A stretch of 33,347 nt of DNA from Chrysochromulina tobinii (taxonomy: Eukaryota): the NCBI GenBank assembly GCA_001275005.1, contig JWZX01002376.1, positions 1-33,347 of the forward strand, written 5' to 3'. Shown one piece after another: positions 21,201 through 32,769 of the stretch. Each line of letters starts with the position of its first letter. Position 1 is the first letter of the stretch. Under the pieces are notes generated by a model. The model worked only from the letters and a program-made list of their open reading frames with translations. It did not search any database and was not told the DNA's origin. The position numbers and the translations under genes are program-made.

Positions 21201-22511
21201 CATCGCGCCACCGAGGCTCTTCGCGCCTTCGGCCGTAATAGGCGTGTGACGGCGTGCATACTTGAACGAGAGGCTGCGCACTTCGTCGGTGCATGCCGAA
21301 CCGGCGCACCCACCAAAGGTGAAGACCGTGCGCCCACGCAGCGTCAGCGACTGGCCGTAGCGCGCGGGGGGGGGCGTCCCAGACGGAAGAGGGCGCGACC
21401 AGCTAAAGGTCTCAGCGTCCAGGATGGCGACGTCTGGCAATGGAGTGCGCTGTGGGGTGATCCAACCCCCGAGGATCAGAAGGCGGGAGCCGAGGGTGAG
21501 GGCGGCATGCAGCGAGCGCGCGCTCGGTGCCAGATCCGTCGCCTGCATCTGCACCGCCGGGTCGTGCCACGTCGATGTGATCACGTCGAAGTACGCCAGG
21601 TCGGTGAGCGACACGTAAGAACGGCCCACCTTACCAACGCCTCCGTAGACCCAGAGCTTGGTGCCTATGAGCGCGGCGCTGTGGCCCTCGCGCGGCGCAG
21701 GCAGCGCGCATGGCATGGGCACGCAGCGGGCCTTGGGGTCCGTCCATTGCTTCGCATCCGATGCGAGCACGTGCACATCGTTGAAGGGCGTCGCGTCGTC
21801 TGTGCCTCCGAACAGCACGAAGCCGCCGGCGAAGCGGGTGAGGGTGGCGCCTTGGCGCGGCTTGGGCGCGACGCCCGCGGGCATGGCGAGGGTCCACACG
21901 CGCGTCGTCGCGTCGAAGAGGTGCACCTTGCTCGTGTACGTCCCCGCGTACCCACCGAAGACGGCGAGGACTGGTCCATTGGACGCGCACGCCACATTGG
22001 ACGCTGGGTGAGGCGCGCTGCCCGAGGTCGCGACGCGCGACCAGGCGCCCGAGCTCAGGTCGAGCGCGTGCATGTCGTTGAGGCACTTGCTGCGCGTGCC
22101 GGCCGCGCAACCCCCGAAGATGTACAGCGTCTGCAGCACGAGGTGCGAGCAGTGGCCACCGCGGGGTGAGGGCGGCGTGCCCGTGGAGGGGAAGACGCTC
22201 CACTCGGCCTGCTCCTCCTGGAACTCGAGCTGCTGAATGAAGCTCATCGGAGCGCTGTGGTTGCCGATCCGGCTCAAAGCCTTGTCGTTCGAGGCCGGCG
22301 CCACGATCGCACACAGCTTGGCGATCGAGCCGCTGGCGACGTGTGACCCATTGTGCTGAGCGTGATCGAGGAGCCCGCGGAGTGACCCAAGGCAAGGATC
22401 TGGGGCATCGTGAGCGTCTGTAACGCTGAACGCCCCGGCGAAAGGTACGGCCGTGAGAGTGGCGAGGGCGGCGAGCGTCCACACCCCGGACCGCTCAACA
22501 CTCATTGCCAT
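18239..22511 (-). CDS. Type-I membrane protein: signal peptide, Kelch beta-propeller, 21 tenascin-type EGF repeats, TM helix; exons 22511-19702, 19633-19414, 19339-18239
   Basis: Hydrophobic N-terminus; Kelch repeats (PSPRGGH...LYIFGG; PAPREGHSA...LWVYGG); C-x3-CS-x-HG-x-C-x2-G-x-C-x-C-x2-G-x2-G-x2-C repeats; TM LGTATLVLVVLASVGAGLGWGV followed by basic residues. Removing two introns (68 and 74 nt) gives one 1376 aa frame with intact EGF spacing. Confidence 0.88.
19340..19413 (-). mobile_element. Introner-like intron copy A (74 nt, phase 0)
   Basis: GTACGGTGCCCAGTGGCCAACGG (23 nt copy of the next exon start) + CC + GGCCTTGCATGCAGGTGCTCACCACGGCG-C10-TTCCCCACAG. Confidence 0.85.
19634..19701 (-). 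mobile_element. Introner-like intron copy B (68 nt, phase 2)
   Basis: GTACGAGGGCGAGGACTGCTCG (22 nt copy of the next exon start) + GGCCTTGCATGCAGGTGCTCACCACGGCG-C7-TTCCCCACAG. Confidence 0.85.
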
Positions 22512-22561
22512 ACACTCTTATCTCGACCCGCTTTGCCGAGGCGCCGTATCGAGCGCAACGC

Positions 22562-22683
22562 TGAGCGCGAGGGGAGTTTTCTTCTGGTCCTGCGCGAGTT
22601 TCATCCTCTACGGTCCCTCTCATGAGCGCGAGGGGAGTTTTCTTCTGGTCCTGCGCGAGTTTCATCCTCTACGGTCCCTCTCA
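22562..22683. repeat. Perfect 61 bp tandem duplication between AP2S1 and the Kelch-EGF start
   Basis: tgagcgcgaggggagttttcttctggtcctgcgcgagtttcatcctctacggtccctctca at 22562-22622 and 22623-22683. Confidence 0.95.
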
Positions 22684-22745
22684 AACACGGAGTGCTGGCA
22701 CTGTTCCCCTTTCACTCACACTCCGACTCCGCACTCCCTCCCACT

Positions 22746-23380
22746 CTACTCAAGCTTGTCGAGCTCTTGGACTCGGTGCAGGATGGCCTGCTTGGACGTC
22801 TCCTGCACCTCGCCCGCGAGAAAGAACTCGTCGAGGATCATGTAGACCTGCGGCGTACGGCGGCGCGCCGCGCGGCACACGCACCATTTGGGGCTCAGTC
22901 GGAGGCGGGCGGCGGGGGAAAGGGGGCGACCAAGATGCAGCGGGGTGGAACCGAAGGAACGCGAGCGCGCGGGTCGAGGGTGCGCGGCGGCTGCCGCCGC
23001 CGCTCGTCGCGACGGGGACGTCGACGGCGCGCAGGCGGCCGCAGCGCACGCACCTTGTTAAAGTTGAAGACGAGGTCGAGCTCGCACACGTTGCCGAAGA
23101 ACTGGTCGAGCAGCTCGACGAAAAGGTGGATGGACTCAAAGTACAGGAGCTCGTTGTCGTGCACGTCAACGGCCAGCGTGAAGAAGAGGCCGGCGTACCG
23201 GCGGTAGATGAGCTTGTACGACCGGAACTCAACAAAGTTGGTAAACTTGGCGTCGCGGGTAGTGACAATCCGGTGGACCTCGGTTTCGATCTTCAGCCTC
23301 TCCTCGTCGGTGTAGGGGCGGTAGTACTTGCTCAGCCGCGTCTTGCCCTGACGGTTCTGCAGCAAGATGAACTGGAGCAT
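22746..23380 (-). CDS. AP2S1: AP-2 complex sigma subunit; exons 23380-23054 and 22847-22746
   Basis: [70 protein letters not shown]. Phase-0 GT-AG intron 23053-22848; spliced length 142 aa. Confidence 0.95.
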
Positions 23381-23701
23381 GCGTGCGCTGCGCCCGCGAT
23401 CGCGGCACAGCGAACTGTGCAGGTTATGTTTCCTTCACAGGCGCTTACCGCAGCCCATTTCCCCACAGTGCGCCGTGACGGTGCTCCCCGAGCCGTCCCG
23501 CGCGTGTCCCATTTACCGCTTTTCCGATATTATCGCCGCGGAACAGGTCTTCGAAACGAAACACAGTCATCTCATTCTTTAGTTTGCTCCTCGCACCCAA
23601 TGCTCGCACCGGTGTCGAGCCTCGAGGCATCTCTGTCTGTATTCGCGATCTTGATCCTGGACGGCGTCGAAGGTTCGGCGCTTCGGACCGTTGAACTTTA
23701 A

Positions 23702-24589
23702 CTAGGTAGATTTCGATGCATTGATAAGCGTTTGCTCGAGCCAGCTGATCGTCCGCTCGGACACATTGGCGTGATTCCATCTGTAGCGCTGCATGCGAGC
23801 GTCGTAGGTGAGCCCAAGATCGTTCGCTCGCTTTGGATCGTCCAGCAGCAGCATCTCGTCGACTCCGGGCGCAAGAAAGACCTCAGAATGGGGGATCTGC
23901 TCAGAGAGCCTCGCAGCGAGGTGCATGCCTCCCCCGAGGAGCATCTCGTGAACCAGCTTCCGCTGCTGCGCGTCCAGATTATCCACTTCAACCATGATCA
24001 CTTTGAATGCCAGCGGGTCGATTGTCCGGAGCACCTGAACCTCCGCACCCTCTACGTCGAGTGACAAGAAAGTCGTCGGGAGCGTCATGTTTGTCTTGGC
24101 CATGAGCGAGGGCAGCGGATGACAGGGCACCTCGACCACACGGCTCATATTGTATCTCTTCAATGTTCGAAGCTGGGCAAGAGAACTGTTTTGTATTGCA
24201 TCGGGTTGGCCCGAGATCGGCCCACCTTGCTCGGTCATCAAAACCGTTCCACTGTGGTTGCACACGGCGGAGTGTAGCTTGACGGATCTCCTTTTGCTCA
24301 CGGCCAGTTGATTGAAGTTGGACGGGTTGGCCTCGATGAGCAGCCCGCGCCAGCCTAGGCAGCGCTCGAAAATAATTGTGTTTGATCCGGTGACGCCGTC
24401 CAGCGCACCCAGCTCCACAAAGCTCCCTGTTCCAAGAGCCAATCGCGCTGCTCGATACAAGGTCGGTAATAACAAGCTCTCTTCACCAGAGAACGATCGA
24501 CCAGAGAACAAGCTCGAAGAAGTAGCATGGCTTCTCACTGAAGCGGCATTCAGGAAGCAATTGGCCTCCTCACGAGCAAAAGTCGACAT
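23702..24589 (-). CDS. FkbM-family (Methyltransf_21) SAM-dependent methyltransferase
   Basis: FVELGALDGVTGSNT, GWRGLLIEANP and FLSLDVEGAE..VL motifs. The 5' end may include an upstream exon (acceptor-like TTCTGCAG near 24612). Confidence 0.85.
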   Translation of the reverse strand: MSTFAREEANCFLNAASVRSHATSSSLFSGRSFSGEESLLLPTLYRAARLALGTGSFVELGALDGVTGSNTIIFERCLGWRGLLIEANPSNFNQLAVSKRRSVKLHSAVCNHSGTVLMTEQGGPISGQPDAIQNSSLAQLRTLKRYNMSRVVEVPCHPLPSLMAKTNMTLPTTFLSLDVEGAEVQVLRTIDPLAFKVIMVEVDNLDAQQRKLVHEMLLGGGMHLAARLSEQIPHSEVFLAPGVDEMLLLDDPKRANDLGLTYDARMQRYRWNHANVSERTISWLEQTLINASKST

Positions 24590-25271
24590 ACAAGTCGAGC
24601 CGTGACAGAACCTGCAGAATCAAAAACAGGCTGTATGGTTGTTTCGTTTGGAGCGCTCAAGCTCTGTGAATAGTGACCTGTGAATAGGTACACGGTTAGC
24701 ATCTTACTATGCTATAGGGACATACTCGGTAATTGGGTCCGACCGATCCTCGGTTGCATCTCGTGCCCTGGGCACTTCGCCAGAACTCGCCGAGATAAAC
24801 TCCGAGATAGTGTATCTCGGCGATCATCTCGGTCGTTCTGGCTACTGTCCCCCGGTTGCGGTCCGTACCTGGACGCCAGCGGGCTTTACAGTACCGCTAG
24901 GATGTCTGCAGGTGGCTGCTGGGGTGGTCGGTGGGTGTTTTATTGCGTGAGCTTGAGCGTGTGTGCGAGCGGGGTGCGTGCGGATCGCGGGGGTGCCGAT
25001 GCCGACGCCCATGGTTCGCGATTCCCCAAGGGGGCAAAAGCGGGAGCGCCGCCTTTTGCGTTCACACCCGGTAGTGCGCTACTTTTGCCCCCGGCGCTGG
25101 CCCTAACCCCTTTGGGGGTTTTGGGTTCGAGTTTTGCGATTTTTTATAAGTTCCCTCTACGATCTCCAGCGTGGCGCTCGACTTTCGAGGGAAGCGCCAC
25201 GTAAGCTTCGCGACGACAGAGCTCATCTGAACGTGTTCGGGCTGCTGATTCTCAGGCCTTCCCCTGGCGCT

Positions 25272-28200
25272 ATGCTCTGTCACATGCAGAATAGCGGCAA
25301 GGCTGCCGTGGCCGTGGCATTGCTGCTGGCCACAACCACCTCGGGTGCCGTAATCGGAATCGACTTTGGTGCGCGATTCCTAAAGGTGCGCTCTCTCTGC
25401 GCAGCCCGGAAACAGGCACCCAGAAATTGCATCTGCCGCCTCTGCATCTGCACCTTGCCAGGCAGTGCAGCACAGTAGCTGCATGCTGGTGCAGCCGGAG
25501 CTTCGGCCACGTCGATGGCTAGAAGACAGAGCTATTTGCTCCTGCTTTTGCGAAACACTCAGAGTGTACGACTGGCCCAACGCGGCAGGCCTCTGTCTGA
25601 TGTCGTGGTCGATTTGGTTGTCCGGCGCTCGATTATGGGCGAGAAGCTCACACAGTTAGTGCTGCACCCCACATGCTTGGCAGGTTGGCATCATCCGGCC
25701 CGGCACTGGCATAGAGATGGTGCTCAACGAGGCGACGCAGCGCAAGTCGTCCTCCTCTGCGGGCTTCACCGCGCTGGAGGAGCGCGTGTACGGAAATGAG
25801 GCTCAGAATATGCTCGGCAAGGTGCCTGAACGCATCTTCATCATGTCGAAGCTGCTGCTCGGCCAGACGCTCGATTCGGAGGCGATCACGGACTTCAAGC
25901 GGTGAGCGCCACTTCCAGGCTCCTAACGCCCTGCATGCTCTCGCCTGCGCAAAACTCACCTGCGAGTCTCCTCCCCGACTGTTCATCTTCAGCTATCTGT
26001 ACCCATACAAGTTTGAGACAGACGAGGCCACTAATGCTGCAATCGTGCGCTACAACGCCAACTCTACTTACCGCGCCGAGGAGATGGTTGCCTTTGTGCT
26101 CACGTATGCCAAGCAGATTGCGGAAGGCCATGCAGGGATCACCGTTAAGGATTGCGTGATTACCGTCCCGCACTTCTTTGGGCATACCGAGCGCATTGCG
26201 TTGATCAATTCCGCCGCCATTGCGGGCCTCAACGTGCTATCGTTGCTGCACGAATCGACTGCATTCGCCTTCAAGTACGGTTTCGATAAGGAGAGCGAGT
26301 TCAGTGCCGAACCGACCAATGTTGTTTTCTTAGACTTGGGTGCCTCCTCGTACAAGGTCTCCGTCGTTTCGTTCTCCGCGACTGTCGGCAAGAAGAACAA
26401 GACGTTGGGCGCAATGCAGGTGCGTGGCCTCGGCTGGGACGCGACTCTCGGAGGTAAGGACTTCGACGACATCGTCCTCAACTTGATTGCCGCCGAGTTC
26501 AACGAGAAGCAACTCAAGGGAAAGGACGAAGTGCGGCAGGATTCCAAGGCGGTGGGCAAGCTGCGCAAAGCAGCTGAGTCAACGAAGGACATCCTCTCAG
26601 CCAACACCCAGTATCAGATGGGCATCGAGGCTCTCTACAAGGATCTCGACCTTCGCATGGTCCTCTCGCGTACGGAATTCAACGCCGAGGCCGAGCGGCG
26701 TGGCCTGTGGAAGCGGCTGGTTCCACCTCTCGAGGAAGCGCTCACGATGGCAAATCTAACGAAAGAAGAAATCCATAGCGTCGAGGTCGTTGGCGGTGCG
26801 ACCCGTATTCCGCAGGTTAAGCAAGCTGCGATGGATTTCTTCGAGCGCAAGCAGCTTGGTGGTGCGCTCAACGGCGACGAAGCCGCCGCATTCGGCGCCA
26901 CGCTCTTCGCCGCCAAGCTCTCGACTTCTTTCCGGTTGCGCGAATTTACTGTTAACGATGTCTACCCGTACGCGACGTCCATCAAGATCATCGGGCAGGG
27001 TGACGACTCTGCTGACGATGGTACCACGGACGACGACGCAGAGGGCGGTGGCAGCAGCAAGAAGGGCAAGGACAAGCTGCTTTTCAAGGCATACACGAAG
27101 ATGCCGCATAAGAAGCTGATCACCATGACCCGCACCGATGACTTGGTTGCCACCCTTTCGCTGGGTGAGCCGACGAATGTTGAGGGCCTCTCTCCAATCG
27201 CCTCCTTCAATATCACGGGTGTTGCGTCCGCATATGCTCGGCTGCTCAAGGACGAGACGCGGACTGTGATGGGCAAGCCCAAGGTCTCCGTCACCTTCGC
27301 GCTCTCCACATCAGGTCTCATCGACGTCTCGAAGGCAGAGATGGCGATCGAGATGCTAGAGAAGTATGATGACTTCGAGATGGTGCCCGATCCGAATGCC
27401 ACGACCAATGCCACCGACGCCGCTGCGGACGACGCCGGCACCGCTGCTGCCAAGGATGAGGATGCGGCGGCCACCGACGACGCTTCGAGCCCATCAGCTG
27501 CCACGAATGCCTCTGCGGCTTCCAATTTGACGAACGCCACCGCGATGATCAAAGTGAAGGTTGAGAAGGAGCGCAAGCGGTTGCACTACGTTACGCTGAA
27601 GACGGTGAAGACCGTGCTTGGCAAGTGCACGCCCATCAGCCAGGAGATCATATCGAGCTGCATCGCGCGCAACGTCGAGCTCCTCAAGGCCGAGCAGCTG
27701 CGCAAAACGAACGCGGAGGCGAAGAATTCGCTCGAGTCATTCATCATTGACACGCGCGACAAGTTGCAAGAGGAGGGAGTCGCGGAGGTGTCCACCGAAG
27801 AAGAGCGGGAGGCATTGCGTGTGCAGTTCGATGAGACCGAGGAGTGGCTGTACGGTGACGGCGTGTCGGTGGATGCGGCCACGTACACCAAGCGGCAAAA
27901 GTCCATGCAAGTGCTCACGCAGCCCATCTTCAGCCGATTCTCGGAGCTCAAGGCGCGGCCGGAGGCTGTCACTAAGGCGCGCGAGGCGGTCAACTGGACG
28001 CTCACCATCCTGCAGACATGGGCGACAGAGCGACCGGAGGTCACTGAACAGGAGCGGGCCAAGGTGGAGGGCATGTGCACCAACTTCACGTCCTGGCTGG
28101 ACGATGTCGAGGCGAAGCAGGCTGGCCTGACGCTCACCGACCCACCTGCCTTCCTCTCCTCTGCTGTTGCCAGCAAGCTCGAGGTCATCGAGCTGGAGGT

Positions 28201-28393
28201 GCGCAAACTCATCAAGAAGCCGAAGCCCAAACCGCCCAAAGTCAAGCCCAACGCCACGAGCACCAACGAGACCGAAACGAATGGCACAGCGTCCGACGGG
28301 GCGTCGTCAGCGGGCACAGGTGCAGGCGATGCCAGCGACGGCGACGCAACGGCTCAGGGAGATGAGGAGCTCCCGGCTCACGACGAGCTGTGA
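25272..28393 (+). CDS. HYOU1: ER large Hsp70 / nucleotide-exchange factor (HYOU1/GRP170/Lhs1); exons 25272-25385, 25684-25901, 25993-28393
   Basis: Signal peptide then VIGIDFG; DCVITVP; DLGASS; LGGKDFD; VVGGATRIPQV; LNGDEAAAFGA; KNSLESFI; EEWLYGDG; C-terminal HDEL. Two GT-AG introns keep the frame (910 aa). Confidence 0.93.
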
Positions 28394-28900
28394 TCGGCCC
28401 TTCACTGTGCGAGACTGCGCCTTTGAGAACAAAAAGGTCCACGGATGAAAGCCACGCGCGAAGAGATGGACGATGATGAAATGCATGTGACCGACACGGC
28501 TGGGACTGCCAAGGTTGCGTGCGTTTGCGTGGAAGCTGCAGCATACAGAAGCAAGGTGGCCGCGGCGCCGATCACCGCAGTGTGCAACGCGTTGAGTCTA
28601 CGTTGAGAGCATGTGACTGTGTGTTCCTATACGCCTTTGCGCTTTGGTAATGCGATGATTAAGTCGAAGATTTTGGTGTGCGTTGTGCGCGTCCGACGAC
28701 GAGTGTAACCTCGTAACGTAACGGGTTCGCCAAGCGGCGTATACAAGCGTCCAGACCGCGCGCGTGACCCTGACCGCAGCGCGTTATCGGCCCTGAAGCC
28801 TCGATAAGTGATATCCCGGTTACCGCGTCGTGTAACGAATGCGGCGATCGGTGCGCGTCGTGTACCTCTGCTACGCTGCTCGGGACCCGGCGGCGGGCGC

Positions 28901-29310
28901 GAGATTATTAATTTATGACCTTGGAGGGGAGGGTTACACTTCGCAACACTGAGGTCATTTTTACCCTATGGCGGTTTCAACATAGCTATGTTGAAACACC
29001 ATAGCGCATACTTAGGGTAACATACCTGAGTGTTGAAAGTATCCCTGTTTCCCTCCCCCAAAGAATGTCAAAATCTCACCTCGGGCCCCATGGGGGCGCG
29101 TCGAGGGGCGCGCGAGATTTTGACCTTGGTGGACCATAGAGGCAGACCATAGGGTAATTACCTGAGCGGTGTTGAAACCCTCCCCCAAGCGCCAAGGTCA
29201 AAATCTCGCGCCCCACACTTCTTCGACGCCCCACTATGTTGAAACACCGATAGCTGGGTATAAAATGTGTAAATATTATCTGAGTGATGAAACCCAGCCT
29301 GTTTCAACAA
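28901..29310. repeat. AT-richer intergenic block of nested palindromes and repeated modules
   Basis: Perfect 24 bp palindrome 28974-28997, 20 bp inverted pair 29110-29129 / 29192-29211, and recurrent tgttgaaac, ccatagggtaa and gtcaaaatctc motifs. Confidence 0.8.
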
Positions 29311-30156
29311 AGTGGTACGTCCGCGCCGGACCAACGCCGGACCTACGTCCGTTAGAGCGGGCGACTCTGCATCTCCGGTGGATCCGGGCTAGATCCGGGC
29401 GGTGCCGAGAAGGTGCCGAGCGGGATAATGGCGAGCTGCGTGGTGAGCTTCACCATCGCGGAGGCAATATTTGCTTGAGGTTTGCGAGTTGAGGTGGCCG
29501 AGGAAGAGGACCAGGAAATGCTTCACGAGGTCGCACGCGCAGCCAGCGGGCAGCGCACGCCGAGAGAGAGCGGCTCCGGCTGCCCGTGAGCTCGTGCCCG
29601 GGGGCTCCTCCTGGCCGAGGTCACGGCGGGGGAGAGACCGGGGAACCGGGGCGGGGAGTTGACAGTTGTGCACTTTGTGCCCGCGGGGCCAGGGCGCGGG
29701 GCGTGGCGGACGCGGGACGGCACCGGTGGGTTTCGCGTCGTGCGTTCGGCACGTCCGCGGCCACGGGCCACCGCGGACGGCAGAAACGCCGGTCGGCGGT
29801 CCCGCGCCGCCGCGTTCTTTGCTTTTGCCGTGGTCTAGGCGTCTAGCGTCTCGGCCCGGTTTATTAACCGCCCAAACCGCGCCGACGCACGGATATCCGG
29901 GCGCGATTGCGGCGTTGGGATTGCGGATACGGCACGCGGCGAGACGCGTACGGGCCGCGCTTTCGTTACGGGCAGGGGGCGGGGGGGTCGACCCGGGGGG
30001 TGGTGGGGGGAAATACCCTCTGCAGCTCCGCAAGCCACGTAGTATAACGTACGCACCCACGACCCCCGCGCTACCCCCGCGCCCAAAAGAAGGGACCTAT
30101 TAACGCCCGCTTGACGTGGCACACCCGATCACTACGGGCTTTGCCCATCAACAGGA

Positions 30157-32506
30157 TCAGTTCGGCCTGCTGCCGCCTCCGCGGCTCTTGCCGGCACCTC
30201 TGCCTTCGCCACGCACGTGTCCGGGCCCATGGCTCTTGCTGCTACCACCTCGCCCCCCTCTGCCACCGCCTTTGCTGCCTGCACCACTGTAGGACGTGGG
30301 CGGAGATGCATCAGTGCCCATTGAACCCGTTGTAGGGTCGACCACCCCTTTGGCAAAGTAGGGGATTGAACCCGTTGCAGGGTCGACCACCCCTTTGGCA
30401 AAGTAGGGGAGGTCGCCGTCTTTGTGTGCAGCTGGGGCACTGGCGTCACCGGCAAGACCTTGCGCGTGTGCCACAGCATACGCCGCAGCCGGCACCGGTT
30501 GTGCCTGCTGCGTGTGCGGCTCGAGGGGCAGCGGAAACCCAGATGCCACATGCAGAACCTGATCGACAGACAACGGCAGTGGTAACTGAAGGCGTGGAGC
30601 TGCTGATGAAGCAGGAGGCCACGGAGCGACGCCACCAGCAGTCGCCAGCGGCACTTCCATATGGACGGCGAGGGCAGAGCCTTCATCTGATCCTGCCCCG
30701 GGCATTGCAGCGTCACATATGGAAGGCAAGATGTGGGCAAGGCGAGGGGCGCATGAGGAGATTGAGGTAGAGCAGCCGCATCCGCCGATATATCCTGGCA
30801 AAGGGAACACGCCTGCGCTTACGAAAGAAGGGATGAGACGCCGAGTCAGCATACGAGGTTCCGAAATTGGGAGGCGGGAAATCCGGCTCGTGTGCACCTG
30901 GGAGATGGAGTGGCAGGCTGCGAGCTGCGCTTCCATCACTCTGATAGAGCGATGACTGTATGGAAGATGAAAGCGCCGTCAGCGAAGGCAATTGATGGTT
31001 TGACGCTTCAGTCGGCGAGCAAAACTGTAAAACCGAGGGCGGCGGCAATGGCAGAAGCGCGGGGCCCGGCTCATCCAGCCCGAGCGATGCAAGTACGTTC
31101 GAGAGCGGTGACGGACAGGACAGAGTTGCGCTGGCTGTATGCGAGTCTGCACGAGAACCGGTGGCGGCAAAGTGTCCGTGCATCGCATGCAAAGAGGAGC
31201 TGAACGGTTGGCGATAGGCATCCCTTGTTTCGTTGTCATATCGACTGCTCCCGTCACCTAATGGCGCCGCAGCAACGGTCCGAGTGCTGTGCTGCAACGG
31301 CTTCACGAACGACTCACAGTCTCCAGAGCTGCCATAGTCCGCACAGGCCAGCATATGATTCAAGGCGCGGTTGCCGCCGCCCTGGGTCTCATGCGGATTC
31401 ATATGAACCGTACCGGTGTGATGAGTGCCGGCGCAGCGGGCTTGCTGGGCGAATGGCAGCAGGTTCGAATACGAGACGCTCTGCGACGGCGCGTGGTTCG
31501 CATGCAAATGGCAACTACTGACCGGGGGCAGCGGCCATGGCATCATATCAAGCCCTGCACCAGCTTGAGCCGCTCCCATGCTCATGCCTGCCTGCGACGG
31601 CAGCAGATAGGGAAGCGGTGGTGGTGGTGTCCTCATCGATGTCGATGACTGTGGCGGCGGCGGTAACGGCGGCGGTGGCCGTGGCGGCGGTGGCGGGACT
31701 GGTACAAAGACGCCGAGCATTTCGGGTGCGTGCGGCGCGTGCAGCTGTGGCTGCCCGACAGCGCCGCCGAGAGGAGCGACGAACTGATGGTGACACGGTT
31801 GATAAGCCGCCGTAGGCGGCGACGGGAACGGCGCGTACATGGGCGGATGCGACTGCTGGTAAGGATAAAACGGTGGCATGGGCGGCTGGGCGGGTGGCAC
31901 CCATCGAACGGCGCTGCGGTTGTAGTCCGGATCGAATCCTGCTTTGCCCTGCAGCTCATGGCGATTCTCGGCGCGCACCACCTTCTTGCCCTTCTTGCCG
32001 TTGGAGCCACCGGCTGCCGTGCAGCTACTCCCGGAACCAGCACTGGAACCGTGTGGAGCACTGGCGGCGCATGGACAGCTGCTGACGTCGCTACTTCCGC
32101 CGCAGTCGCACACCCTGTCGATGCCGCCAGGAGCACCGGCTCCACCACCTGCGCTCACACCATGCTCGAAACCACGCAGCGCCAGGGCAGCCGCAGCCGC
32201 AGCCGCAGCCGCTGCCGCTGCCGGAGCCGCTGCCGCTGCCGCTGAATTCGCAGTAGGCTCCGGTGCTGGCGCTGGCACGACTGGTGATGAGTCGTCACCC
32301 TCGACGGCGTCACTTCCGAAGATGCGCGCCTTGGCCACAGCGTACGCGTTCGCGCGCTGCCGTAAGCGAGTCGCTTCCTCTTCGGCGCTGTGCTTCGGCG
32401 GCGGCGCCTTTGCAGACCCGGGAGCGCTCTGCGGACGCACGAGCATCTTGACCTTCTCCGCTGCGATCTTCGTCGGTGCCGATTCATCGACTCCTACTGG
32501 CACCAT
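30157..32506 (-). CDS. SUZ-domain, low-complexity RNA-binding-like protein; probable exons 32506-30898 and 30812-30157
   Basis: KVKMLVRP...EEEATRLRQRANAYAVAKARIFG (SUZ-like) and FDPDYNRS motif; Pro/Gln-rich body; RGG-rich tail. Inferred phase-1 GT-AG intron 30897-30813 with a GCTGAC branch-like motif joins the two ORFs (754 aa). Confidence 0.62.
30321..30410. repeat. 45 bp tandem duplication (1 mismatch), in frame in the SUZ gene
   Basis: ttgaacccgttg(t/c)agggtcgaccacccctttggcaaagtagggga twice, encoding PYFAKGVVDP(A/T)TGS twice. Confidence 0.93.
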
Positions 32507-32769
32507 CCTTGTCACGCAGGAGGTCACGCAGCGGCAGACCACGGCGTTTTCCCCACATGATGGAATAGAAGTCACGGACTCGCTTCTGAAACTCCGTTAA
32601 CGCTCGCGAAAACCCCTGTTGTACATGTACATGGCCACGTTTGGAAAACAAATGCACACACGTGGGGTGTGTCTTTTTTCTGATGTGTGCGTCATGGAAA
32701 GTCACAAACTATGAGGATTATCGTTTTCTCTCGTTGCATGCAGAAGCTCGCATTTCCATCGACCGCACG

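Noticed and set aside
25101..25126. Telomere-like CCCTAACCC
   Set aside because: A single unit only, not an array.
32484..32705. 73 aa minus-strand ORF as an upstream (R3H) exon of the SUZ gene
   Set aside because: Different frame, no R-x3-H motif recognised, and no convincing splice path into the SUZ frame.
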